Virus record (IMG/VR): IMGVR_UViG_3300021399_000098
From: a virus
Lineage: Duplodnaviria > Caudoviricetes
DNA: 64,000 nt
Direction: 5' to 3' (one strand)
The notes below the pieces were generated by a model that was not told the DNA's origin, made no database searches, and saw only the letters and a program-made list of their open reading frames with translations. A program made the position numbers and the translations under genes. Numbering within the stretch: position 1 is the first letter of the stretch; the number at the start of each line of letters is the position of its first letter. Positions 8,618 to 19,700 of this stretch are shown here, one piece after another.

Positions 8618-10648
8618 TTATTTTTCATCAACGAATTTGCTTAATGCATTTATCATTTTATCAAACTCCTCATTTATTAGCAAAGATTCACTATCATATA
8701 TATCAGCTCTCTTATATTCAGTTTCTTTTGGGCTTCTTTTATGCTCTGTGAGAACGTTCATATATTTTTTAAAGTAATCTTCAGTTATTAGTGGTTTGTT
8801 CTTGCTTACAGACTCCATCGGTGCGTTAGGGTCATTTCCCATATCGGCTGTTGGCATTGAGCCTTCTGTGCCAGCGATGTCTCCTGTATCGTCACTTCCT
8901 GGAGAGCCAAGTCCATCGAGTTCACCTCCTGCGTCCATTGGTGGTGGAGCACCGCCTCCTGGCATGCCTCCTGCCATGCCACCTCCGCCCATTCCACCGT
9001 CAGCACCCATGCCGCCTTGTCCTTGCTGGTCATCCATATACTCAGCTCCAGGCTCTCCATAGATTCTGTCAACGGTGTCGAAGATACCAGTCTTCTTGAT
9101 GATTTGAGTGGTCTTTTCAAGTTCAGCAGCGATACCCTTCTCAAGACGTATCTCTTCAAGGTTCTCCTTAATTTCTTTCTCAGACCATTTCATAATCTGC
9201 TTCAATGCACGAGTCTGTGACATAACTGGTAGGCCATTACCTGGGTCTGACACAGCGTCTCTAACGGCATCAATCTTCTTCTGCATGTTTTCAATCTCAA
9301 GTTGTTCTGCTTGTGTTGATGGGTTATTCATTGACAACGTGAAGTTGGTCAATTCATCATTGAAGCCTAACAAGAACAAGTGTATTGATGCGACCTTAGT
9401 CAATTCCATCAAGAACGCTTGCTGTATTCTGTTCACCGTTCTAGTGAAACGAATGTCCATAAGTGCTAGGTTTTTACCTTCACCAACACCCTCTTCAAAG
9501 TTCAAGAATGACTTAGGAATTCTAAGTGCTGTTAACACCTTATTCTGCACGAACTTGATGTCATCCAATGCCGTCATGTTCTGAGCAGCAGAAAGCGTGT
9601 CAATAGGTGTTGGCGCATTTTCATCACGAACAGGTATGAAAATATCTTGGTCAACTGACAATATGTTCTTACGAAGGTCAACTTGGCCAGTCATTGGGTC
9701 GATAATTGGAGTTCTCTTAAACTCGTTGGCAATTCTTTCAACATAAGCACCTACGTCAGCATCGTCAATAGCACCAACGAATATCTTATATACACGCCTT
9801 TCAATAGAACGCTCAAGACGATAAATAAGCATCATGTCTTCCATCAAGGAAAGCATACGCCAGTGTCTACGAGCAGCGTTAAGGTAACTCACTCCATAAG
9901 GAAGGTATAGTGAATTGGTAAGTAAACGGAAATGAGCAACTTGCCAGTCACGGAATGGAATTTGAGATTGATTATCATCCAACCAAATGAATTGGGTTGA
10001 CATATCAGCATCATCTTTTGTTATGCCGTTAACTGCTATTGAAGCGCCTGCTCCATAAGGATTTTGTATTCCGTTTTCAATTCTCTCTACATTAAAAACT
10101 GGAAGCTGTTTCCAACTTTTAACACCATTCTTATGGTCAATGTCCAATAACATAAACTGATTACCATACTTACACATCGCACGGATAATCATTTGACCAG
10201 TAAGCTGAATATTAAGTCTGTTTACAAACAAATCCTCCAATATGTTTTTAATACGGTCTGATTTTGAATAAACATTAACGACCATACCCTTATCGTTGGT
10301 TATGGTACTCTCTTCAGAAACAATATCCAATGCTGCGCCTATCTCTGGAAACGCATCCATCAAGTCAGCATCACGATACATAAGTTTAACGTTGTTCAGA
10401 CCAGCATATGCAGTAACGGATAGATTAACGTTTGCCTTAATCCATCTGTTTTTTAAAAACTTATCTTGTTGAAGCTCTAGTTTTTTTTCAATGTAATCCT
10501 CTTTGTCAGTTGTCTTATACAAGACTTCTTTGTCAGTATGGCTCATGTCATATGTATTGACATGAGGAGTGACAATATCTTGCGGATTCCACTGGCCTCT
10601 TATGGCTTTATCTAGGGCTTGAAATACTGTTGTACTTTTCTTTGCCAT
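8618..10648 (-). CDS. gp20: Portal protein (gp20-like)
   Basis: LMEDMMLIYRLERSIERRVYKI, DIFIPVR and ALRIPKSFL motifs; G/M/P-rich tail. Confidence 0.92.
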   Translation of the reverse strand: MAKKSTTVFQALDKAIRGQWNPQDIVTPHVNTYDMSHTDKEVLYKTTDKEDYIEKKLELQQDKFLKNRWIKANVNLSVTAYAGLNNVKLMYRDADLMDAFPEIGAALDIVSEESTITNDKGMVVNVYSKSDRIKNILEDLFVNRLNIQLTGQMIIRAMCKYGNQFMLLDIDHKNGVKSWKQLPVFNVERIENGIQNPYGAGASIAVNGITKDDADMSTQFIWLDDNQSQIPFRDWQVAHFRLLTNSLYLPYGVSYLNAARRHWRMLSLMEDMMLIYRLERSIERRVYKIFVGAIDDADVGAYVERIANEFKRTPIIDPMTGQVDLRKNILSVDQDIFIPVRDENAPTPIDTLSAAQNMTALDDIKFVQNKVLTALRIPKSFLNFEEGVGEGKNLALMDIRFTRTVNRIQQAFLMELTKVASIHLFLLGFNDELTNFTLSMNNPSTQAEQLEIENMQKKIDAVRDAVSDPGNGLPVMSQTRALKQIMKWSEKEIKENLEEIRLEKGIAAELEKTTQIIKKTGIFDTVDRIYGEPGAEYMDDQQGQGGMGADGGMGGGGMAGGMPGGGAPPPMDAGGELDGLGSPGSDDTGDIAGTEGSMPTADMGNDPNAPMESVSKNKPLITEDYFKKYMNVLTEHKRSPKETEYKRADIYDSESLLINEEFDKMINALSKFVDEK

Positions 10649-10701
10649 TATAAACCTTTTCTATAAAAAATAATTATTTTTATATAAATATCAAGACTAT
10701 C

Positions 10702-12579
10702 TTATTTAACCCCACCCATAAGCCACATATACGTTCCATTTGGAACATTATCATATTTATGTAGATTTTTTCCTGAATAGAATGGCAAACCAACAGAAGG
10801 TGAAATAGCAGAGCCATAATTGATTCTAGGCTTGTTCATCCTAATTGCATTTGTCATCATATAGGCATTAAGAATTGATTTGTCCTTATTTACGGTATTC
10901 TGTATTCTATTGACGGTAAACTGCATTACAAATAATCCCATTGCCAATGCAGTAAGGGTATCGTCATGCGCACCGTCTTGGTGGTCTATTCTAGCATTTT
11001 CACCCTTGAATATCCATGTCTCCAATTCGTTGATAACCCTAGCAGAACGAATCTTAAATTCATCATTACGAACAAGTCCTGCAAAGTTAGCCAATACTGG
11101 ATAACGGTTTCCTTGGAAATGAAAACCAGGAAGTTTATCTGTATATCCGTCATAGTTTTTAGTTGACCTCTGTACTGTATATGTCTTTTGGTTTGAATCT
11201 TCATAGTAAAGGTTTTTGTACCCCATTTGAAGCATCGTCAATATACAAGCGTCACCTTGGCCACCAGTACAGTCAACTACAACAAACGCATTATTGTACA
11301 ACGTGCCATACTGATAGCACAGCGCACCGATGTCATCACCTAGCTTTTTACCAACATATTCCGCAACTTGTTCTATGATAGGCATTCCGTTTTCATCCCT
11401 ACCATCCATATCAATTATCTCTATGGCAGTTCTATCGGCTGACACACCTCTAGATGGGTCGCAAGCTAGAATGTATCTATGCCCTTCAATTGGTTTCTTC
11501 CAGAACCAAGTCTCTTCAACCAATGGGTCAGCGAAATCCTCAAGCGGCTCTCTGTTGTTAAGTTTCTCTTGCATTTCAATAAACTCTGGAGCAACAACGT
11601 TGTCAGCAGAACCCATGAACGATACGTCTAGCTCTTGGGCTATTTTCATTGAGTCGTTATTGAACGACTTACACATATCTTCATACCAAGGTGCTGTAGG
11701 CTTCCATCCCTTATGCTCTAATTCTGCCCACCTTTCCTCATCATACTTAACGCTACCTTCATCATCTATGATTGGGTCTTGGTCGTACATCCACTCACCT
11801 GTGTCTTCATTTTTCTTTTTCCACACAAGGAACTTGTTGAATCGTGGGTCTTGATACCAACGGAACTGAACAGCCACAAAGTTGTTTTCACGGCTTAAGG
11901 CTTGTCTGTATGTGTTGTAATACAACTCATCCCTACCATTAGGCGTAGACACCATCACAGTCTTGGAATTTGGGTTTGAGGCCATTGTAGCGGCAGCAGT
12001 GGTAAATACTGCCACACCCTCTTCAATGAACGCAGCCTCGTCCAATATAAGCACAGATACAGCAGAAATACCACGAGCAGCATTAGGGCCGCTAGCACGT
12101 GCAATCACTCTGCAACCGTTGAAAAGTTTTAACTCACCTTTTGCGTCTTTAACGAATATTGATTTTATGTTTTTTTCTGAATTTGGGTCAGGACTAAAAT
12201 ACTCACTTCCCCAAATCCATCTTGGAACTTGCTCAAGAAAGTCACGGATTTTAATAATAATTTCTTGTGCTTGTTCAAGTTTGTTTGCAATACACAACAC
12301 AGTCTCTGGGGAATCTTTTGATGCAAACGCGCACTGAGCAGTTACCCACGCGCTTGATAATGTTGTGATACCACACTGTCTAGGCTTAATTGCAACCACA
12401 TTTCTGTTTTCAGCCAATGCCCTCAAGAAAGCCCTCTGTCTAGGAAAACAATGGAATTGGGTCTTCTTACCTTTAATTGCATTGAAAGTAGATAGGTACT
12501 TTTCAATGAACGCTATCCTAGATTTGTCCGCATAACACATTGCATAGTCTTGCTGGATTTGTTTGTAATCGTATATCAT
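10702..12579 (-). CDS. gp17: Terminase large subunit (gp17-like)
   Basis: Deviant Walker A KPRQCGITT, Walker B LILDEAAF, VSTPNG coupling motif, nuclease motifs ACDPSRG and HDDTL. Confidence 0.93.
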   Translation of the reverse strand: MIYDYKQIQQDYAMCYADKSRIAFIEKYLSTFNAIKGKKTQFHCFPRQRAFLRALAENRNVVAIKPRQCGITTLSSAWVTAQCAFASKDSPETVLCIANKLEQAQEIIIKIRDFLEQVPRWIWGSEYFSPDPNSEKNIKSIFVKDAKGELKLFNGCRVIARASGPNAARGISAVSVLILDEAAFIEEGVAVFTTAAATMASNPNSKTVMVSTPNGRDELYYNTYRQALSRENNFVAVQFRWYQDPRFNKFLVWKKKNEDTGEWMYDQDPIIDDEGSVKYDEERWAELEHKGWKPTAPWYEDMCKSFNNDSMKIAQELDVSFMGSADNVVAPEFIEMQEKLNNREPLEDFADPLVEETWFWKKPIEGHRYILACDPSRGVSADRTAIEIIDMDGRDENGMPIIEQVAEYVGKKLGDDIGALCYQYGTLYNNAFVVVDCTGGQGDACILTMLQMGYKNLYYEDSNQKTYTVQRSTKNYDGYTDKLPGFHFQGNRYPVLANFAGLVRNDEFKIRSARVINELETWIFKGENARIDHQDGAHDDTLTALAMGLFVMQFTVNRIQNTVNKDKSILNAYMMTNAIRMNKPRINYGSAISPSVGLPFYSGKNLHKYDNVPNGTYMWLMGGVK

Positions 12580-12691
12580 AATTGAAACTTTTTAAATTTT
12601 AATAAATATAGCGTAACTTTCAAAAGTTATTCATTTATAAATATTTACGAATAAAAAAAGAGCGAATCGTAAAAGATTCGCTCATATATCA

Positions 12692-13912
12692 TCATTCATC
12701 TTCTTCAATTACATCACCATCACCTTCCTCTGAATCTAGTTCATATCCATTGGTTTCAGCACTAGTGAAATATGAGTCCTTAATTAAAGATTTGTCAACA
12801 TTTCTAGCATTTATTCTATTTGTAAACTGTTGGTATCCGTTGTCATATTCGGCTTCCTTCATCAGTTCTCCGATTATTTCGTTTCCCTTTTCAGTTGATG
12901 CTAGTATTTCCTTAACCACATCGTTGAACTCATCTATGGAAATCCTGACAAATGACGTGAACATATAAGGAATCATGTTAGTGTCTTCAACCCTTCCGAA
13001 AATCATATCCCAAAGGCCAACGCCAAGCCTTAAATCCCAAGGCTCTGCAAGCACGAAATCAGCTTTCTTTATGATATGCATTGCATTTTTCTTATCCTTT
13101 GGAAGTCCATGTGATGAGAACAATTCAAACATACCTCTTATTGCCTCTTGGAACAACAAAGGAAATATAATGCCTTGAACCTTTATTGTTGTTTTTGAAT
13201 CACCGACACCCAAATGTGTTTCAACGTAAGAACCTTGCATTGGCTTGTCATCTGTCATTTTTTCCTTTTTAATGAAAAGCAAATAGTCATTGATTATCCT
13301 TATTCTTCTGTACAATCTAGGAAGTTCAGGATTTATCCTATCAATGTCGCTTATATAAAGTCCTTCAACCTTTGCATATGTGTATGAAGCACCTTGTATT
13401 AAAGCATCTATAAATCTTCTCTTTTCAATTGCCTTATTTGAAAACTCTATATCCTTTATGTCCTTAAACGTGTAATTTAAATCCACATTTGACTCTGGTC
13501 TCAATCTAATTGCACTCTTAAACTTGATTCTGTCAACCAACTTAAAAATCAAGTTAATACTTTCCTCTGGAATTGCAAACAACTTGTTCAATGCATTTTC
13601 GCATATCTTTTCCAACGAATCCCTGACAGGCGTTTCCAATTCTTTTGCCCTTTTCAGAAGTTCGCTAAGTTCAGTCATAAGCTCATCCTCAGTACAAGAC
13701 CCCAATCCGATAGACTCAATTTCATCGCACACCTCATTATACCTTGTTTTCAACAAAGTATAATCAAACGGATAGTCACCAACATTAGGGAACGCGCCAT
13801 TATCACCTAATGATGTACAGTGGGCTTTAACCATCTTATACAAAAACCTAGGCAATAGTCTTCCGTTTATAACACTAGATACAGAATTTTCGTTTATGTA
13901 TATTTTTTTCAT
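12692..13912 (-). CDS. Hypothetical virion-module protein
   Basis: 406 aa, MKKIYINE leader, co-transcribed with head genes. Confidence 0.65.
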   Translation of the reverse strand: MKKIYINENSVSSVINGRLLPRFLYKMVKAHCTSLGDNGAFPNVGDYPFDYTLLKTRYNEVCDEIESIGLGSCTEDELMTELSELLKRAKELETPVRDSLEKICENALNKLFAIPEESINLIFKLVDRIKFKSAIRLRPESNVDLNYTFKDIKDIEFSNKAIEKRRFIDALIQGASYTYAKVEGLYISDIDRINPELPRLYRRIRIINDYLLFIKKEKMTDDKPMQGSYVETHLGVGDSKTTIKVQGIIFPLLFQEAIRGMFELFSSHGLPKDKKNAMHIIKKADFVLAEPWDLRLGVGLWDMIFGRVEDTNMIPYMFTSFVRISIDEFNDVVKEILASTEKGNEIIGELMKEAEYDNGYQQFTNRINARNVDKSLIKDSYFTSAETNGYELDSEEGDGDVIEEDE

Positions 13913-14394
13913 TATAAGCTATTTAAAAACTTGCTTAATTCTTTCTTTGTGAAAGGAATGGAATTCCTTCTCATTTCATCCATAACCTTTCTAGGTGAAA
14001 CTGAATTTATTTCCAAAGAACTAGAATCTGAAGAAGTGTTGGACGTTGCTGGTGTTAAATCTATTGATATGTCATCATTTTCAGGTTTACTAGCCAAATT
14101 TTGAACTCTACTTATTTGTGCACCTGTAGCATTAGCTGGCAAACTAACTTTTAAACCTTCACCAGTATTTGAGTCATTCTGATTATCCATTTGACCCAAT
14201 TGATTTTGAACAAGTTTTGTGCTAGGGTTTTGATTCATTATTTTAGACCCTTGGGTAACAAATTGTCTTACATTTTTAGCATTTGGCGCAGTGGCAACGA
14301 AACCTTCTTCGTTTAGCCTCAACTGGCTTTTTGAATAAATTCTACCCTCACCAAGGTTTACCAATTTATTATTTTTTTTAACCAATATTTTCAT
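13912..14394 (-). CDS. Hypothetical late protein
   Basis: TATTTATA at 14410-14417; LRLNE site. Confidence 0.6.
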   Translation of the reverse strand: MKILVKKNNKLVNLGEGRIYSKSQLRLNEEGFVATAPNAKNVRQFVTQGSKIMNQNPSTKLVQNQLGQMDNQNDSNTGEGLKVSLPANATGAQISRVQNLASKPENDDISIDLTPATSNTSSDSSSLEINSVSPRKVMDEMRRNSIPFTKKELSKFLNSL

Positions 14395-14466
14395 ATTACA
14401 AATTTTATATATAAATATTTAGACAAAATAAAAAAGGGATACTTCTAAGTACCCCTTTTGTTTATT

Positions 14467-15003
14467 TTAGAATGGAGATATAAATGGACTCACCATATCT
14501 CTGTATGCCCTAGGCAACTTTTTCTGTGGCCTTGTTGTACCTACCCTATCATCTAGCACATCATTTATCGTTTCATCAATAATTGATTTCATATTTACTC
14601 TAGATTCCATTGGCATGTCACCTTGTGGTATTTCACCACCTTCTGAGTTATCTGCCATACTTTTTGCATACTTTGTCACAGCTGCCTTGTCTTCAATTGA
14701 AAGTCCGTTGATGATACCCATTAGTTCATCATCTTCACCTCCCATTGGCTCTTCATCTCCCATTGGAGGTTCTTCACCCATTGCGTTAGGGTCTTCTCCA
14801 CCCATATCGTCTGGAGCACCACCCATAGGGTCAGTCATTTGGCCTTCTCCACCCATGTCATCAGCTCCCATTGGTGGCATTGGAGCATTATCTAAATCAC
14901 CCATGCCATCCACATCGCCACCTAGGGTGCTGTCAGGTATTTCAAGTTTCGTTGGTCTTTCTTCAAAAAAAGCTTCCGTTAACTTACTTGTTTCTTTTTT
15001 TTT
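14467..15003 (-). CDS. Acidic G/M/P-rich head protein segment, probably translated as a frameshift extension of 14984-16711
   Basis: Protein-like from the A10 run onward (KKKETSKLTEAFFEE...); no convincing own start or promoter. Confidence 0.55.
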   Translation of the reverse strand, partial: KKKETSKLTEAFFEERPTKLEIPDSTLGGDVDGMGDLDNAPMPPMGADDMGGEGQMTDPMGGAPDDMGGEDPNAMGEEPPMGDEEPMGGEDDELMGIINGLSIEDKAAVTKYAKSMADNSEGGEIPQGDMPMESRVNMKSIIDETINDVLDDRVGTTRPQKKLPRAYRDMVSPFISPF

Positions 15004-16711
15004 TAAGACGGTCAAATGCTTCAGCAATTGCATTGTCAATTGAATCTGGGTCAATTTCGAATGGAGCACCATCACCAATTCTCTCACCGTAAGGCATGTC
15101 GTTCTTAACAGAATCATCATTCATATCATAATAATCTGGGAACTCTTGCAAATCCTTTGGAGGTAATGTCATCACTTTCTTCTGATATGCTGGGTGCTTT
15201 CCGAAATCATCCAACTTGTTCATGTTTCCTTGTGGAACACGACCTGCATCCTTAAATGGAGTCATACCCTCTTCGTTCATTCTTTGCTTGCGCATTGCAT
15301 TTCTAAATGCTCTCGTCTCGAAAATCTGAACACCATTTCTACGTCTGCTTTCCATTGGCATTTCATCATCATCCTCAAATTCATCATTACCCATTTCATC
15401 ATCTGGACCGAATCCTTCCTCGTCATCCATTGGCTCTTCATCACCGAATTCATTCTCTTCCTCGTCACCGAAGAGGTCATCGTCATCATATTCAGCATCG
15501 TCAACTGGAGCCTCTCCAACACCAAGCTTTGCAGCGATTTGTGTCAAAAGGTCTTCAATTGCCTCAACACGCGACTCAAGGTCATCCTCATAGATGTCAT
15601 CGTCTTCAACTTCCTCATCACCGAACTCATCATCTGCTGGTTCTTCATCACCAAGGTCATCACCCATTGCATCAGCATCAATTGGTTCACCTTCGCCCAT
15701 GTCATCGCCCATTTCGTCACCTACTGGTTCACCTTCGCCCATGTCATCACCCATGTCATCGCCAAGGTCATCCTCTGCTCCAAAATCGTCAATAGCTTCG
15801 TCCAATTGCTTACCCTTCTCAGCATCAAATGGTTTGTTGTTGTCATCAGATGGGCCTTCACCTACACCAACTGCTGGCTTATTCTGGTCATCAGTATCGT
15901 GCATTGAAGTTCCATGATTCTCTACAACACCGTTCTTCATTTCACCAGTCTTGGTTACTTTCTTGTCACCGTCATCGATGTTTCTTGCTGTTGCATCATC
16001 GAAAGGTGCGCTGTCACCAATTTCAGTTCCATGAGACTTGTCCATATAATCCTTATCGTTACGATTCCAACCAAGAACCTTCTCGCTTGTTTCCTTAACA
16101 ACACCTTCTCCCATAGTAGTAGCTTCAGGAGCGTCATCAACTGAAATAGCTCCACCACATTCCGTTTCTACCTTTTCGATGTTTCCCTTTTCAAGTTTTT
16201 CTATTCCTTTCATATCCTTTGATGCGCAAACGCCATTTGCACAGTCCTTACCTTTCTTCTCTGCAATCATCATTGCATTCTTCATAATCTGGCGTTCACG
16301 AAGGATTTCTTTCTTCATCTTGTCAGTTGCTTCGATGACAACATTTTCCTTCTTGTCCAAATCCCAAGAATTGATGTTGAAGTCAGTCTTGCTAGCAGCC
16401 TCCTTCAAAGACATCATCTTTAGGTCAAATTGCTTCTGAGCGTTTGCGAAAGAAGTATACTCATTGTCTTTTCTATTTCTGAATCCTCCAATGTAATTGA
16501 AGTCTTCCTTTACTAGGTTTTGCTTGTTAGGAGCAGACTTGATGTAGTATTTTGCACCCTCGCGGATAATAGCATATACTTTTCCATCAGCAGCAAGCTT
16601 CTGGTTCTCTACAGAACTGTAAGGAGCTTTTTTGTTTTCAGTCTGAAGACCATAACCCATTAAAGTCTTCATTCTTGCCAACTGCTCGTTTGTATTCATT
16701 TTATTGTTCAT
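14984..16711 (-). CDS. Large acidic prohead core-like protein
   Basis: D/E-rich; shares DxxKPFxxxKGKQL(D/E)E with the gp22-like protein; TATTTATA at 16749-16756. Confidence 0.7.
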   Translation of the reverse strand: MNNKMNTNEQLARMKTLMGYGLQTENKKAPYSSVENQKLAADGKVYAIIREGAKYYIKSAPNKQNLVKEDFNYIGGFRNRKDNEYTSFANAQKQFDLKMMSLKEAASKTDFNINSWDLDKKENVVIEATDKMKKEILRERQIMKNAMMIAEKKGKDCANGVCASKDMKGIEKLEKGNIEKVETECGGAISVDDAPEATTMGEGVVKETSEKVLGWNRNDKDYMDKSHGTEIGDSAPFDDATARNIDDGDKKVTKTGEMKNGVVENHGTSMHDTDDQNKPAVGVGEGPSDDNNKPFDAEKGKQLDEAIDDFGAEDDLGDDMGDDMGEGEPVGDEMGDDMGEGEPIDADAMGDDLGDEEPADDEFGDEEVEDDDIYEDDLESRVEAIEDLLTQIAAKLGVGEAPVDDAEYDDDDLFGDEEENEFGDEEPMDDEEGFGPDDEMGNDEFEDDDEMPMESRRRNGVQIFETRAFRNAMRKQRMNEEGMTPFKDAGRVPQGNMNKLDDFGKHPAYQKKVMTLPPKDLQEFPDYYDMNDDSVKNDMPYGERIGDGAPFEIDPDSIDNAIAEAFDRLKKKRNK

Positions 16712-16784
16712 AATTAATATATTAATTTTTTTTCAAACTTATTTTTAATATAAATATTTCGTACTAATGAAAAATACTTTATAC

Positions 16785-19700
16785 TTAATAATTTCTAACG
16801 TCATCATAAGTGCCCCTTACATTATCAAAGCCCCTATTATCGAATTGCATGTTTCTTCTGATGTTTGGAGTAAACTTGTCTAACGCCCTAATATAAACAA
16901 CGCTCTTAGGTTTCATCTTAATTTCATCCCATTGGACGCAGAGGCAATAATTATACCCTATAAGGTTTGATAGCCAAGTGTCCGTAAAGCACTTGTAAAG
17001 CTTTCCTTGCTTGTTATCTTCCCTTGACTGCATAAGTACGCCATTGTTGCAAATAAAGTCCTTCAGAACCTTTCTTTCGGTTTCCCAACGCTTTTTATAT
17101 GGGTTTGAATTACTGCTTCCGTCTAATGCGAACTCTTCCTTTAGAACTGTGATATATTTCTTTACAGATTCATCAACGTGAATGTTTTTTTCCTTAAACC
17201 ACTCAATGTTTTTTTGCATGTATTTCGCAATTAATGCTTCTTTGTCTTTAACAATAGCATGATTAAGCAATTCAAAATTAAACAATACGTATTCAGTATC
17301 AAACTCAAAACCATCAATACCTAATGATAGGTATAATTTTGACAACTGTTTATCAGGGTCTCCATCAGAATACCACAATAAAGGTATGTGGTTATTTAAG
17401 TAGAAATAAGTTAAATCATTTTCATCACTTTCCGAAATAACTTGAATGATGGCATTTAGCAAATCTTTGTCAACAGTATTATCATATTCTTCAATCATTG
17501 AAGAAATTCTGTTATAGTCTCTGTTGTTTTTTGCATTATCAAGTTCATTTTGTAACAAATAATATTCTTTTTGTTTGTCCAAGAAAATATTATTGTCTTT
17601 GTTAATCTTATCCCTTAAATTAATAATGTCAAAACCATTTATATTTGCTATTATATAATGTCCATCTGTATAAGTGGTATATTTTTCGCATTTATATGCG
17701 TGGGCTGTAAAATATATTCCATAGCCGTATGTTCCTCTGCTTCCACCTTTTATCCTTGTTGGGTCAACAGTATCCCACTCTGTTCCATTTCCATCTTCTC
17801 CAGTGCCATGAAAAACATATCCATCTTCTGCCATTTCGCCAATAACCTTATATCTAGCCATTTGGTTATTCCTGAAAATGTCGTATCTAGCACCTTCCGT
17901 TACAGACTCTGTAATTGAATTCGTCTTGTCATAAACAACATTAGAAATCTTCCAAAGACGGTCAAGATAACCTGTTCTGCGAAGTATCTTATACACGATG
18001 TTTCCGCTTCCGCTTTCACCATGCTTCTCAAGACTGCTCTTGCGCATTTCCTTTACCTTTTTCCAAAGATAATCTGCATCATCACCAATCTGTTCTATTT
18101 CATAAGAATCATCCGTAGCTGCAAGAGCGTCATACATATCGTCAATGATTGTCATGATTTTTGCTGCCTTGTCCTTAATTGGAAACTTGTTCAACCTTAT
18201 TGGTTTAATATCATCAGGATTTGGCTCTTTTATCCAATCATTTTCCTCCAAGTCATAAATACCATTGGATTCAGGCATTTCTCCAACATTCTGAACATAA
18301 AGCTCAACTTGGTATCCCATTATCTGAAGACCTTTATGCTCATTATTCCATTCATTTTTCTTTGCATCTAAATAATCACGGACGAACTCTGTCTTTTCAT
18401 CAATTTCATCAAAATCTACGATAAGATGTAGGTCAATGTCAGAATATTGAGACCAATTGAAATTACAGATTGAACCTGTTAATATTATGCCACTAGGCTC
18501 AACCCAAGTCAAATTTACATATTTCCAAAAATCGTCTGCAATGTCTAATAGCTTAAGCCTAATTCTTGAATCTAGTTTGCCATCTGGTTTCCATATATTT
18601 GGAACTAATTCATGTTTTTTCTTGAATGAAGACAAATCTATTTCAGAACTATCTACCTCAAAATCAAAATTCTCTTTAATTGATTCTAATTGATTTTCAT
18701 GAATTAATATCTTCTTATTTTTATTCTTTGATTCACTTAACGATAAATTACCGCTAGTGTCAAGTTTATATACATTACCATTAAGTTTAACCCTACCAAA
18801 ACCTTCTTTGAAATCGCCAACATAGTCAAACCATTGGTCACTTAAAAACCTACCTTCTTGATTGATGTAATTCCACTTGCCATTAAGTTTAACCCTACCA
18901 AAACCTTCACTGAAGAAATAGTCAGCATAATCAAACCATTGGTCACTTAAAAACTTACATTCTTGAGTAATATAATTATACTTGTTATTAAGTTTAACCA
19001 TAGCAAAACCTCCATAGAAATTGCCAGCATCGTCAAACCATTGGCCGCTTAAAAGTTTACCTTTTTGATTGATGAAATTCCACTTGTCATTAAGCTCAAC
19101 CGCAGCAAAACCTTCATTGAAATTGTAAACATCGTCAAACTCAAACCATTGGTTACTTAAAAACTTACATTCTTGATTAATGAAATTCCACTTGCCATTA
19201 AGTTGAACCCTAGCAAAACCTTCACGGAATTCGTCACCATAGTCAAACCATTGGTTACTTAAAAACTTACATTCTTGAGTAATATAATTATGCTTGTTAT
19301 TAAGTTTAACCATAGCAAAACCTCCATAGAAATCGCCAACATAGTCAAACCATTGGTCACTTAAAAACCTACCTTCTTGGTTGATGAAATTATACTTATC
19401 ATTAAGATTAACCCTAGCAAAACCTTCACGGAAATAGTCAACACTATCAAATATAGTACGAGGGTCTTCTCCATTTCCTAGACGTTGTATAGCATTAGTT
19501 AATAAGTCTTTCCACTTGTTGTTTGGCTTAAACACATCAAAGAAATTCATACCAATTACTTGGCTCACTTCCTTTGCGTTCATAATACTGTCATCACCAC
19601 CATTGTCATGATTCCAACGACAAGTGCAAGTGTTCAGCATACCATTTTCATTAACACTCACAGCTATCATAGAAAGTCCATACTCATCCAATGGACAGCC

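Noticed and set aside
12360-12390. Terminase inactivated by a missing Walker A lysine
   Set aside because: K-x-R-Q-x-G-I-T is a recognised deviant Walker A with the lysine shifted N-terminally; all other motifs are intact.
15194-16144. Long antisense ORFs (His/Ser-rich), also 36786-37463 and 38245-39237
   Set aside because: They are shadows of acidic or biased sense genes, with no promoters or protein-like motifs.
18770-19445. DGR template/variable repeat pair
   Set aside because: These are in-frame tandem protein repeats, differences are not adenine-specific, and no reverse transcriptase is in the window.
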